From Tubiluchus corallicola (taxonomy: Eukaryota > Animalia > Priapulida): a stretch of DNA of 64,000 nucleotides. Positions 12,701 through 27,253 of the stretch are shown here, piece after piece. Made by a program: the position numbers and the translations under genes. How positions within the stretch are numbered: the first letter of the stretch is position 1; each line of letters starts with the position of its first letter. The notes below the pieces were generated by a model. It saw only the letters and a list, made by a program, of their open reading frames with translations, searched no databases and had not been told where the DNA came from. The stretch is from the NCBI GenBank assembly GCA_030141605.1, contig JAQGDQ010000258.1, forward strand, positions 1 to 64,000, written 5' to 3'.

Positions 12701-15700
12701 TTACACTGATCTACGTGATGTAAACAAAGTGACGGCCTGCCAACTAGCGGTCAGCTTGTGAAATAATGTACTGGGTCCGTAAAAATTTTCTCAACGAATT
12801 TACGAGATTTACAAAAAATGGCTCTACTGGTCTTCCAAAAACTTGGAATTCCGTGTATCCGCAGAAAATTCTCATCCCTGCATTATAGGCAATTCTTTGT
12901 ATATTTCATTGTTACATTTTCTTTTTAAATCATAACAGTAAAATAAACCCTACATACTGAGTGACTTGTTCTTTCCTTTAGCACACCACAAATAGTTTAA
13001 GTGATAACAGTAAAATAAACCCAACATACTATGTGACTTGTCATTTCCTTTAGCACACCACAAACAGTTTAAGTGATAACAGTAAAATAAACCCAACATA
13101 CTATGTGACTTGTCATTTCCTTTAGCACACCACAAACAGTTTAAGTGATAACAGTAAAATAAACCCAATATACAGAGTGACTTGTCATTTCCTTTAGCAC
13201 ACCACAAACAGTTTAAGTGATAACAGTAAAATAAACCCAACATACTATGTGACTTGTCATTTCCTTTAGCACACCACAAACAGTTTAAGTGATATAGTAA
13301 AATAAACCCAACATACTGAGTGACTTGTCATTTCCTTTAGCACACCACAAACAGTTTACGTGACAACAGTAAAATAAACCCAATATCAGAGTGACTTGTC
13401 ATTTCCTTTAGCACACCACAAACAGTTTAAGTGATAACAGTAAAATAAACCCAACATACTGAGTGACTTGTTCTTTCCTTTAGCACACGACAAACAGTTT
13501 AAGTGATACAGTAAAATAAAGCCAACATACTGAGTGACTTGTCATTTCCTTTAGCACACCACAAACAGTTTAAGTGATAACAGTAAAATAAACCCAACAT
13601 ACTGAGTGACTTGTTCTTTCCTTTAGCACACCACAAACAGTTTAAGTGATAACAGTAAAATAAACCCAACATACTGAGTGACTTGTTCTTTCCTTTAGCA
13701 CACCACAAACAGTTTAAGTGATAACAGTAAAATAAACCCAACATACTGAGTGACTTGTCATTTCCTTTAGCACACCATAAACAGTTTAAGTGACAATAGT
13801 AAAATAAACCCAACATACTGAGTGAATTGTCCTTTCCTTTAGCACACCACAAACAGTTTAAGTGATAACAGTTAAATAAACCCAACATACTGAGTGACTT
13901 GTTCTTTCCTTTAGCACACCACAAACAGTTTAAGTGATAACAGTAAAATAAACCCAACATACTGAGTGACTTGTTCTTTCCTTTAGCACACCACAAACAG
14001 TTTAAGTGACAACAGTAAAATAAACCCAACGTACTGAGTGACTTGTTCTTTCCTTTAGCACACCACAAACAGTTTAAGTGATAACAGTAAAATAAACCCA
14101 ACATACTGAGTGACTTGTTCTTTCCTTTAGCACACCACAAACAGTTTAAGTGATAACAGTAAAATAAAGCCAACATACTGAGTGACTTGTCATTTCCTTT
14201 AGCACACCACAAACAGTTTAAGTGATAACAGTAAAATAAACCCAACATACTGAGTGACTTGTTCTTTCCTTTAGCACACCACAAACAGTTTAAGTGATAA
14301 CAGTAAAATAAACCCAACATACTATGTGACTTGTCATTTCCTTTAGCACACCACAAACAGTTTAAGTGATAACAGTAAAATAAACCCAACATACTGAGTG
14401 ACTTGTTCTTTCCTTTAGCACACCACAAACAGTTTAAGTGATAACAGTAAAATAAACCCAACATACTGAGTGACTTGTTCTTTCCTTTAGCACACCACAA
14501 ACAGTTTAAGTGATAACAGTAAAATAAACCCAACATACTGAGTGACTTGTTCTTTCCTTTAGCACACCACAAACAGTTTAAGTGATAACAGTAAAATAAA
14601 CCCAACATACTGAGTGACTTGTTCTTTCCTTTAGCACACCACAAACAGTTTAAGTGATAACAGTAAAATAAACCCAACATACTGAGTGACTTGTTCTTTC
14701 CTTTAGCACACCACAAACAGTTTAAGTGATAACAGTAAAATAAACCCAACATACTGAGTGACTTGTTCTTTCCTTTAGCACACCACAAACAGTTTAAGTG
14801 ATACAGTAAAATAAACCCAACATACTATGTGACTTGTTCTTTTATTTAAACAATGTTACATACCCGACACTTCATCAACAGTAACGAGGTCTTCCCAACC
14901 CGGTTCTTCAGCTTCAACAATCTTGAACCTGACTGTGCCGTTGTCACCTTTATCTGGATCAACAGCACGGACTGTTATCAAAAGTATTCCTGAAACGACA
15001 CAGCATGACATCATCATATCGTACAAAAATATTATATATCAAAGCATCGTGATAAAACGATAAAGTACTCTGAGCTGAGCAAAAACTAAAACAAAAACAA
15101 CAAAAATAAAAAAACCAGCATCCAGTGGGGGGAGGGGGGAGGGAATTAAAGTTTTTTTAACAGAGACTCTGTATGTCCTAAGAGATTTAAAAGCAGTAAA
15201 TTTATTTCTAAACTTTCCATCAAACCATTAACCATTAGCCAAGTAACAGAAATTTAAAATTCTATTTAAAATCTCAATTTAGTTTAACAGTTTTAAAAAC
15301 GAAAAGTTTATTTGACCGGAAGTTTTATTCTTGCTATATGAAATCTTTTCCTAAAGTAATGGCTAGAATGTTGTTGAAAATCTTGTTCATTTCGAAACCG
15401 AAGTTTTTTAATTTGTTACTCGGTGCAAATATCACAACAGATGAACGCGGAATATCTCCATGATGATAATGCAACTTAGCTAGATGGGCACTGCTATGAA
15501 ATTCAGTTAGATGGGTACTGATGGTTTTTGTTGGTTGGCATTCTTCTGTCTCGCAAGACAATGGAGTGTGTGCCAAGAGAGTCAGTTATTGATCACATTG
15601 ATGGAGCTGCAGCGTCGAATGTGGCTGAGCAGTGCAATCATAATGATAATAATAATGGTAACGGTAATGGTAATGGTAATGATAATGATAATGATAATGA

Positions 15701-18591
15701 AAATGATAATGATGATGATAATGATAATGGTAATGACAATGACAATGACAATGACGATCATAATGATAAAGATAATGGTAATGGTAATGGTAATGGTAAT
15801 GGTAATGGTAATGATAATGATAATGATAATGATAATGGTAATGGTAATGGTAATGGTAATGGTAATGGTAATGGTAATGGTAATGGTAATGGTAATGGTA
15901 ATGGTAATGGTAATGGTAATGGTAATGGTAATGGTAATGACAATGACAATGACAATGACGATCATAATGATAAAGATAATGATAATGGTAATGATAATGA
16001 TAATGGTAACGGTAATAACAATGACAATGACAATGATAATAACAATGTTAATGATAATGACAATGATAATGATAATAATAGTAATAATAAATAACTACTG
16101 AATACAAAGATATGAAATTTTACAAATACATGATACCTATAGGAATATTTTCCTGCACGCTGATATTAAAAAATGGCTGTTCTTCGCTCCAAGGTTCTCG
16201 GAATGTCGGCTCATTGTCATTAATGTCTAATACAGTCAAATAAACATCGGCTGTAAAACAATGAATCATAATTAGACTTTATTTAACTATTAAATAACAT
16301 CTATAAAAAAATGTTAAAATACAAATTGTAAGTTGCTGATAAAATCTGTCAAAATTTATTGTACATACAATTTCTTCATCACACATGTTATGAATATTAT
16401 ATTACAAAGATATAATATGTGAACTCCTTCAGGACCGGTTATTAGACCGGTCAAGAACACTGGTCATTAGTTATGTCAAATGGCTATCTTACTGCTACCA
16501 ACACACCAATGATCAATGGTGCGCGCTCTTTCCTCGTTGTGTTAAAATTTCACTTAAAATCTCTCCTTGCCTCTTACAGCATCATTCAAAACAGATCTTA
16601 TAAGACCTATGAATTTTCTGCTACTGTATGAGCACAGACATAACTAAATGATTACAAATTAGGTAATGTCCTATTCAGGAGAATCTGGGCTATCCAGTCA
16701 TGCCATTTGTTTAACATTTATAAATGATTTATTTGGATAAAGTTGAGAAAAACATGCCCTTTTTAGGCACTCCAACTCAGCCCATTGAGTAGCTTAGTCT
16801 GGTGCACACTTGCGTGATCGTACACACTAATTTATTGATCGCCTGCTTGCTAGAGCCCAAGCTGTACAATGTTCTGCTACCATTCCAGGAAAAACCAACG
16901 GATCAGTCAAGAAGAAATTAAGCCTGTTTTGTCTTTTAGCAGGAATTGTTCCTTAAAAATAGAGTAGAGTTGAGGCCAGAGTTTATCAGAGTGTTGTGTC
17001 TGGATAGTTGAAATTTTCTATGTTAGCAGATTTCACACAAGTGATACTGTACTTTGTTACACTGCAAACACTGCAGCTACTGAAAGCTTTTTTTGAATTT
17101 ATTCGTCAAAAATTGATTTTTTTAATTCGTCTAAGATGAGCAAATGTATTTAATATATAACTTTGCATGAAAATCCATTGTGGGAGGCATAGAAACCTAG
17201 AAAAATGATCAAATATATTGTAATCACTGCTTAGTGAGAGTAGTTTTTCATGAACCCATGAAAAATGCAGCAAATGCTTACGGTTCTGAAAGAGTTAAAA
17301 ACTTAAGTCTGCCCTAAGTGCGACAGAAAGCATAGACAATTGTATTTATTCTCATTTATGTGAGTAGATGCATTTTAGTTTATGTAAACAATACTATAGA
17401 TAGAAAACTCTCTTAGTAACTAAACATACATGTAAACAAATATTTACAAAAACAAGGTAAAAACTGCGTTTAATAAAGTTAGTATTTCCTAAGTGGTCAA
17501 TGTCAATTTCCTGGAAACATTACCGTAAGCAATTTGTGGGGAATACTCCGGTTCAGCGTTTTCATCTTCGACTCTGACCTTGAGATGAATGAACTCGACT
17601 TGTTCGCGGTCGACGGTGCCGTTGACGAACATTGTACCGTTGCTCTCGACGACGTCCAACCAGTCTTCATAGACCTGAGGAGTTGAGAAATAAGTTTGTG
17701 TCTTTACACTGTAAACACCATAAACTTTATACACTAGGATTTCGTTACATTAGGTTTACTTTGGAATTCTCTACCATTACAGGTTAAACAAATCAAGTCC
17801 CTATCAGCATTTAAAACATAATTAAAATCACTAATATTAACCAGATATGAAATACCATCACACCAGTACGACAACATACACACTAATTCAGAATTCATAT
17901 ATCCACGGCCATATTAATTAAATCATAATTTTTACATTTTTTTGTGCATAGTTGTAAATATGTTTGATTTTATTCGTCGTCACTTTCCATTACTGCACAG
18001 TAGTTTAGATTGCACTGACGCATTTGCCTTTAGCAGTGTAAGTTTTTATTAACTAACACTGATTGATCATCTCTGTAAAGTTTTTATCAGTGATTATCAA
18101 TGTATTTTAATGGCAAGTAAAGATTATTATTATATATATAACTGAATCGCAGAAAGTTTTAGCACATGTACAAGCTGCTAACTAAAAGCAATCTCTTTAA
18201 GAAACACACAACCAAATACAGTTTGAAACCAATGCAAGCTGTGGCTGATTTTTCATACAAACCGAAAGCAGTTTCGTCATTACGCAATGTTAAGAATTCA
18301 CGATGGCGCTATAGACAACAAAATTATACTTGTAAATTGAAAACAAAAATGATTTAACATATTCATTTATTGACCATTTACAAGCCATACAATTACAATT
18401 ATAATTACAAGTTACAAAAACTGTGTTATAATTACATAAAGTTACAGTTACATAAACAATGCAATACACTACAATGAAGAAAAAACTGCACACACAAGAC
18501 ACCGCACATCTGGTATAATCGTCAACGCAACCCACAATAAAACATGGTAATAATAATAATAATTCTAATAATAGTAGTAGTAGTAGTAGTA

Positions 18592-18632
<41 letters not shown>

Positions 18633-21600
18633 CAGTATTTACAGTGGTTAAATATTACAATTATATTATATTATGTTAAGTTATTTTACAATGTTTAGTA
18701 CACAACTTTATCTAATATAATAGATACAATAACCTAGAGTATCCTCGTACGCAACATGCTAGTTTGTTGAGACGAACTCAGCAGGAACGGGAAAACGAGG
18801 ATGAATTTCGAAAAAGAAGAAAACCACTTGCAAGATTTCTGTACTGTGTCCACGACAGCTACGACTATGGAACAGGTGCTGTGACGGTAAAGACACCTTC
18901 ATATCAGCAGCGAATTTATACCTGATAACCAGTCCTATGCTACGCTTGCTCTGATAGTATACAAACGCATCAGAATTAGTTGATCTCTCAACACGAATCT
19001 TTACAACACAGTTAATGCGTTTAGATTTTTTAATACAAACCAGGCGGCTAACATATTCATCTAATTGTACAATTCTCTCTTTCTCAAAACAAGCAAAGAA
19101 ATCGAGTTCTCACCTCCGCATCAACAAGATTGTTATTTTCATCCCTTCCTTCAACGTAAGAATCCAAGTAATAGAGAAGAGAGCTTGAACTGTCTGGATC
19201 CGTGGCTACCAACTGAAATATTTAGCAAACTTTTGTTATAAGATAATGCTTACTGTTATAAGATAAAGTTGTTTTTCTTCTTTTTCTTTGATTCCGAATA
19301 AAAGCGAGCACTGAAATCAAAGGCGTATCAAGACTTCACGATGCCGCAGGCTGATGGTTCTGTCCCTCCCATCTCTATTGTGAATTTATGGTTGTTTATG
19401 TAATGAGCAGATTAAATAACTACTTGTGGTGTGTTAGAAACACTATTAACCTAGTTTCTATGTCATTATTAATTACACGTATTTGCATAGCGCTTATATT
19501 CAAGCAGGCTGAGCAACTGCTTGTTGTGTAATAGCTTGCACCTGTTCGTTATGTGGCACTTATATAAAAACAGCCCTCAGTAAATGTCTGTGGTGTGTTA
19601 TAAAATGTGCCGTTTACATGAATATGAAAGTATACACATTTTCGGAGGAGGATAAAAATAATTTCTAAAATGTGACGCCCCTCAAACTTTGGCACCCTAG
19701 GCTATATCCTAGATACGCCCCAATATAAAAGATGGCCAGCTATTTTTAACAGAAATAGTACACAGAAAAGACCCATTATTTCTACCTGCATTATAAAGCT
19801 GTAAAGATTGGACTTTTCTACAACTTCACTATCGTATCTGCTCTGATCGAACTCCGGATCTTTATTATTAACATCAATGACTGTAATGTTGACTACGGTC
19901 GTACCATCGAGCTGTGGGATTCCAGCATCTACTGCCATTACTGTCAAACTGAAATAAGCAAGGTAAAATGGAGAATTAAACAAGATCGACATGTTAACAG
20001 AGGTTTCAGTACAATGTAAGGTAATGAACAAATAAAGTTAACGTGTAAATAAACTTTATTATCAGATAATCCTGAAAAACAACTTGAATTTCATAAAGAC
20101 ATAAAGACAACTGTCTCAACGCTTTAAGAAACCACAATTTTAATCTAAAGAAGTGAGAAAATATCTAAGATGTAAAACACCAGTCTCTAAGAATGATTTG
20201 CGTCACAGAATTATCACTTCTAAGAATTGGACTTGAATGTCCCGATCATGTTCAACCACTTAGTCTGGGGCAATATGAAACCGTCCGAAGTCAGTTCTCT
20301 ATTCAGTTACTTAACAGGTCCAGCACTGCTTAACTTCGATTGCTCCATGTTCAAACACTTAGTCTCTATCAAAAGGTGAATAGCCGAGGCAATATGGCAA
20401 TATGAAACCTTCCAAAGTCAGTTCTCCATTCATTTGCCTAACAGGTCCAGCACTGCTTGACTTCGATTGCTATCATGTTCAAACACTTAGTCTCCATCAA
20501 AACATAAGTAGCGGCAATATGGCAATATGAAACCTTCCAAAGTCAGTTCTCTTTTCATTTACTCAACAGGTCCAGCACTGCTTGACTTCGATTGCTACCA
20601 TGTTCAAACACTTACTCTCCATCAAAACATAAGTAGCGGCAATACGGCAATATGAAACCTTCCAAAGTCAGTTCTCTATTCATTTACTCAACAGGTCCAG
20701 CACTGCTTGACTTCGATTGCTACCATGTTCAAACACTTAGTCTTCATCAAAACGTAAGTAGCTGGGGCAATATGGCAATATGAAGCCTTCCGAAGACAGT
20801 TCTGCATTCATTTACTCACCAGGTTCAGTAATGCTTAACTTCGATTGCTAACCATCACCATCACAGTGGCCACTCAACTATTGTAGTCAGTTGGGCCATG
20901 AAAAACCCCATTGCTTTCAAACCTGTATGGGTCTTTTGGGCTCAACCCTTTGGAAGCAAATTAAATCCATACCTGTAATAGTCGACAAAGTTGTTAGCAA
21001 CGAGATCCAGGTTTGCATGAGGTGCGATGGTGATGTTACCATCGTCAGGATCAGCTTCAAACTTATCAATTCCACCGTCTATCACCCTGTATGTTATTAG
21101 TCCATTCAGCGGAGTGGGATCTTTATCATGTGCAGTCACTGTAAAATCATATTGAAACATTTTTTAAAATAGTTGATTGAAATTAAATTTAATATAACGA
21201 GAAATGAAATACAAAATGCCATATATTATTTTTACTGGTATATATATATATATAAGATTCGAGGCTACAGCTTCGACGAGGGCACCATTTGCGGCGATCT
21301 ATACATCAAACAAAAGGTCTCGGTCTAGTGTCGTGGCATTGGGAGTTCATTTTTCGAATCGGGGCCACCGGGACGAACGGGGCGGCGAAAAACCTCCAAA
21401 AATGGCCATTTTTCGGCAGTTTTTTGCAAAACGTATACCCCTTATTTCTGAAGAACTGGAATGGGCACTGAGTGGTGCCAGTCCTGGATAGATAGCCCGT
21501 TCAGCGGTGTGTGTCATAGGCATATTTAGAATTCCCGAGAGGGCCACAGCGTCCCGCAACGGGCGTTTTCCCGGACCCAACTCGCGATTTTTTCGAAATT

Positions 21601-23553
21601 TTGACCAAACAGCATGCAGAAAAAACGTTCTGGCGGCGCCTGGTGGGACTCTCGGAAGGAGATATATAACTCTTTAGAAAGAGGAAGAACAGGGCTACAC
21701 GATGATGTGGGCCATGCTTTGTTAAATTAATTCTGTAATTATTTGATTCAGTATTCACGTCACATAAATGGTGTAACAAAAAAAAGGCAACGAAACTTGA
21801 CCTCTGATACTTCATCGTCATATTTAAACAGAGAACAAAAGCAAAGATCTTGACCTTGACCTTGACTTCAAATATCTCATCTTCACATTCATGCCAAGCA
21901 AACAGTAGAACAAAAATGAAGGCAGTCATCTTGACCTCTGACACTGCATCTTCATATTCGTGTCAAGTAATCGGCAAATAAAACAAAGATCGTGACCTTG
22001 ACCTTGACTTCAAATATCTCATCTTCACATTCATTCCAAGCAAACAGTAGAACAAAAATGAAGGCAGTCATCTTGACCTCTGACACTGCATCTTCATATT
22101 CGTGTCAAGTAATCGCCAAAATCATCTCCACAAACTTTAGACTAACCTACGTCTAAAACACCGACTATTAACACTTTACCAGGCAGCAAAGAAAAGCATT
22201 AGAAAAACCAAATATTATGAGAGAACGAATTGACAAAAACTTTCGTGTATTTTAAAAAATCTGCGACGAGTTTAAAATAGCAATAACATTTACCTTGCAC
22301 AATAAACTTTGGTGAAACGTCGTCCTCTCTCACCTCACCACTGTAAAAATTCTTCTCAAATATAGGAGCATTGTCGTTGACGTCCTAAACAAAAATAACT
22401 AACCATTAATACTCTAGTAAAAACTGATGAAATTTGTTGTTTTTAACAATCACACTAACTAAGCATAACACTTATATTTATACTAACACTAACACTAACA
22501 CTACACTACCACTAACACTAATACCGACACTACACTAACACTAACACCAACACTCCACTAACACTAACACTACACTACACTACACTACACTACACTAACA
22601 CTCATACTACACTAACACTACACTAACACCGACACTACACTAACACTACACTACACTAACACTAACACCGACACTACACTACACTAACACCGACAGTACA
22701 CTACACTAACACCGACAGTACACTACAATACACTAACACTACACTAACAATAACACTACACTAACAATAACACTACACTAACACTACACTAACCCCAACA
22801 CTACACTAACACTACACTCATACTACACTAACACTAACACTACACTAACCCTAACACTACACTAACACTACACTAACACTGACACTACACTACACTACAC
22901 TAACACTACACTAGCACTACACTGACCCTAACACTACACTAACCCTAGCACTACACTAGCACTAACACTAACACTACACTATAATAACACTATTTATTGT
23001 GATACTTATTAAACACCTGCATTTCTTCTTCTTCTTTTTTTCACTTATGCTATCATTATTACACAACAATTCACATTTTGACTTTTTTCACATTGTCACA
23101 AGAAGACTAGTGAAGACTAAAGGTAAAAAGTTCTCTGTTTCAACTTAACTAATTAATTAATTAATTTAGATGAAGAAACTATAAAGTTTAATGAGTCATA
23201 ATCATTAATCAACAAATTTACCTCAACGTATATCACAACATTCGCTGTACCGTTTAACCGCGGGTCACCGTGATCTACAGCAATAATGGTGAAGTTGAAA
23301 TGACGATACAAGTCGACTTCGTCATAAGTTTCTTCATCCATTTCTTCGTAATTCACAGGTGTTGCTGCTAATATCTCACCTGTAATTAAAAATCATTCAC
23401 AGTTACTCGTTAGACAGATGAACTAGAGCAACTTGGTGGTGGCAGCAACCGTTGGTGGGGTGGTACCAATATAATACAATAGACAGATGGACAGACAGAC
23501 AATGAGATAGATAGACAAATAGATAGACAGATACAGACAGACAGTAGACAATG

Positions 23554-23588
<35 letters not shown>

Positions 23589-23645
23589 TAGATAGACAGA
23601 CAGACAGAGACAGATACACAGACAGACAGATAAATAGACGAATAA

Positions 23646-23680
<35 letters not shown>

Positions 23681-26600
23681 CAGACAGATACAGACAGAAA
23701 GACAGACAGCTAGATAGAGAGATAAAAAGATAGACAGATAGATAGTTTGACAGATAGGCAAACAGATAGATTGTTAGATTATTAGAGACAGATAGACAGA
23801 CAGACAGAGACACAGAGAGACAGATAGACAGACAGACAGAGAGACAGACAGATAGATTTTGGTATGGTAGGAACAATTTGTAACAATAGATGTCACTAAA
23901 AACAAACAACAGTGCTAAAGTCAGGGTATCAGGGTATTATGGGGACCCTACTCTCTTGCAGTGACTGAACATTTTCTAAGTCTGCAGTAGCAAAAAAATT
24001 CATGTAGCAGTGTTTTCTGCTTGGTTTGCAAATTATTCACGTGAAGTTCTAAATAATTTCGCCTGACCTTCACCATTTCTCCGTGAATTTTGGACTTTTT
24101 TCTTGAACGAACCTCGCACCGCATGTTTGTGACATATTAACTCGAGCAGGCTCGGGCCGTCACTCTGTAAACACTATGTCTTTCATGGGGCAGTACACCT
24201 CTCTATGGTGAAGCGGGCCTAATTGGAAAAGGTTATCTCTTATCAAAGTGTTATGATTGGAACAGTCAAAACAGAAAAGCGATTTACCTTAAAATAAACA
24301 GTCTTGAGCTCTAAACTCGCAGCTCAGTGTATTTTTAACAACACAGTTACAACAACCAATACAAAATGATCGTAGAAGAGAGCCATTACAAAAGACAATA
24401 ACACAACCTAATCGCCAGTGCCATCTTCTGTTAAGAGTGCACACTAAATTTGCTGTGACATTTGCAAGAAGCTTAATTTCACTGGTAAATATGCAACTAT
24501 CAAATTTTTACCTGATTCTTCATTAACACTGAAATTTCCACCAGGTGAAAGACTGTCAGTGCTGCCATCTTCATGTAGAAAGAAGTAACTAATGTCACTG
24601 TTGGGAGGTAAATCAAGATCTGTCGCCTGGAAACACAAAAATGATGCGTGATGAAACTTGAATCTAAGGAACGTGGTTGTTTACTTTTTGTACATTCAAA
24701 TTTTGAATAACAAAACTTTCAAGGTGAGGCCTACTCACCTGCACAAAAAATGGCCGTCGAAACTCTGGCGGTTTTCCTTTATCTTCACTGATGAATTGTT
24801 CGTAATCGTCGAGGAATTGTGGAGCATTGTTGTTGATATCTGTGATGGTGATGCTTATGGTTGTGCTGTTACGGTTACCGTTACCCTGGAAACAAAAAAC
24901 AACAACAAAAGCTAAAACAGTGAGGTGACAGCAAATAGTGTGATTACAAGTTTCATTGTTGTGCCTGATTAAAGGAAGACAGGATGATTAAAATCTGATT
25001 AACGACGGACAAGCCCAACTAATGATGACATCACAAACTAACATAATTTTCAACAGTAAGGATATTCTGCGAGCGTGTTGCATGTGTTTGCGAAAGCGAA
25101 AATTGAAGTACAATGTTACTGTAAGATATTCAATGTGTTGTACTAAAACTAGGAAAGTTTTAAGGAGAAAATTCAAACTTCAAATTTCTATTGACGCTTG
25201 ATAATAGAGCCGATAGAAAAATGAACTTCAGGACCGCACCATGCAAAATAGGTCTTATAAAACCTGTGACTTTTCTGCTACTGTATGAATACAGACATAA
25301 CTAAATGATTACAAATTAGGTACTGTTCCGTTCAGAAGAATCTTGACTATCCAATCATGCTATGCGACAAACATTTATAAGTGATTTAATTGGATAAAAT
25401 TTAGAACAATACGCCCTTTTCAGGCACTCCAACTTGAGTAGCTTAGTCTGGTGTGCACTTGCGTGATCGTACACGCTATTTTAATTTCTCTTTGGCTGGT
25501 CAGTTGGTTTTTCATGATAACAAATTATGTACTGTTCTATTCAGGAGAATCTCGACTATCCAATCATGCTATTTTTTCAACATTTATAAGTGATTTAACT
25601 AGATAAAATTAAGAACAATACACCCCTTTTCAGGCACTCCAACTTAGCTTATTGACTAGCTTAGTCTGGTGTGCACTTGCGTGATTGTACACACTAATTT
25701 ATTGATTGCCTGCTTGCCACAGCTGAAGAGAAATGTCTGCTGTACAGAGTTCCAGGAAAAACCAACCGATCAGCAAGAAGTCCAGGAAAACAAATCGAAC
25801 AACCAAATAATATAAAAATTAAGAACCTGGGACATAAGATTTGGTTTTCGTGACGTTTTTCAAATAAACAATTTACTGAGCTAGCACTACGACACTACAG
25901 CACTAATCTTACCATCTCATCGACTGCATCAACAGTAAGAAAGTAATTATCTTGCTCCAAACGAAGTATTTTGTCATCATTAACCGTCAGAATGCCAGTT
26001 TCCTCATCCATGGAAAACCTAAAGCCAGTTTCACATGAATCCAGCATTTATAGTAAAGTGCTGTTCACACATTCAGTAAACAACATGCCGGTCATCAATA
26101 AAATACCGAGGAAAATATGATACTAACCTTTTTTTGTATATCTTACATACATTTGTATGTATTAAGTCAAAATTAAGTGTTTTATGAAAAAAACAAAAAA
26201 GAATCTATTGAAGTTATGTTTAAATCCAGTAGGTGGCTCTTCCTGATGAAGATCCGGGCTTGGCAACAGAACAAACTCAAAGCAAAATGACTGCTTCCAC
26301 AAGTTAAACTATCGGAGTTTGAAAATACAAGTTTTTTACAATTGCTGCACTAGTTTTCAGACAGAAAAGAAGGCACGGGGTTATAAAATTAAATTTTTAG
26401 AATTTTTTGAACATTTTCTTCATAATTTGATGCTAGAATATAAAAGTCCAATAAATTTAGCGTTTGTTTACATAAGAAACAAAATATGAACATTAGACCA
26501 AATTTTCGGTGCATTCTACTTTGAAGCATCATTACGCAGGTTCAACTATGCCGACTTATGGATGGTTTTGGTTTGCAAGCATACACATTTGGACACAGAG

Positions 26601-27064
26601 AGTTTTGTAAAAAACATAACGCTGATCATTATTGCCAAAAAGCATTTTTACATTCTGTGATACTTGCATTCATATCAAAAATTCATGCTAGTACTCCATA
26701 CCACACAAATGAACATCATATAATCACTATACCTGTCAGCACCTTGTCCGAGAAGGTAGTAATAAACGACTCCGAACACCCCAGAATCCGCATCCGTAGC
26801 GGTAACGTTGGCGATACTCGTTCCGATTGGTGATTCTTCGGGAATGGAAGATTCGTAGGAATCCTCGGTGAACTGTGGGAAATTGTCGTTTGTATCAATG
26901 AGATGAATTTCGACAATGGTGGAACTCCCGTGAAGTTCGTCTGTGTGCGTCTCCTTGGCAACCAACTAAAACAAAAGAACGATACAGATAAAGTCGACCC
27001 CAAAAATTTCACCTTATAATCGCCTCCCAAAAATTTGACTTGAACATAAGTATATACGGTATAC

Positions 27065-27106
<42 letters not shown>

Positions 27107-27183
27107 CATTATTATTTTCATTATTATTATTATTATTATGATTAATATTATTATTATTATTATTATTATTATTATCATCATCA

Positions 27184-27253
<70 letters not shown>

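Noticed and set aside
12950-14788. Cys-rich repetitive ORFs (429 aa, 109 aa), also 4937-5557, 39018-39572 and 43397-44116
   Set aside because: They stay open only because the unit lengths (72, 75, 54) are multiples of 3; intronic, often non-ATG starts, interrupted by indels.
15511-16101. Low-complexity ORFs (poly-MV, NG, I, LS/RE, HT/CV) here and at 23.4, 27.0, 29.6, 38.3 and 44.6 kb
   Set aside because: Translations of microsatellites.
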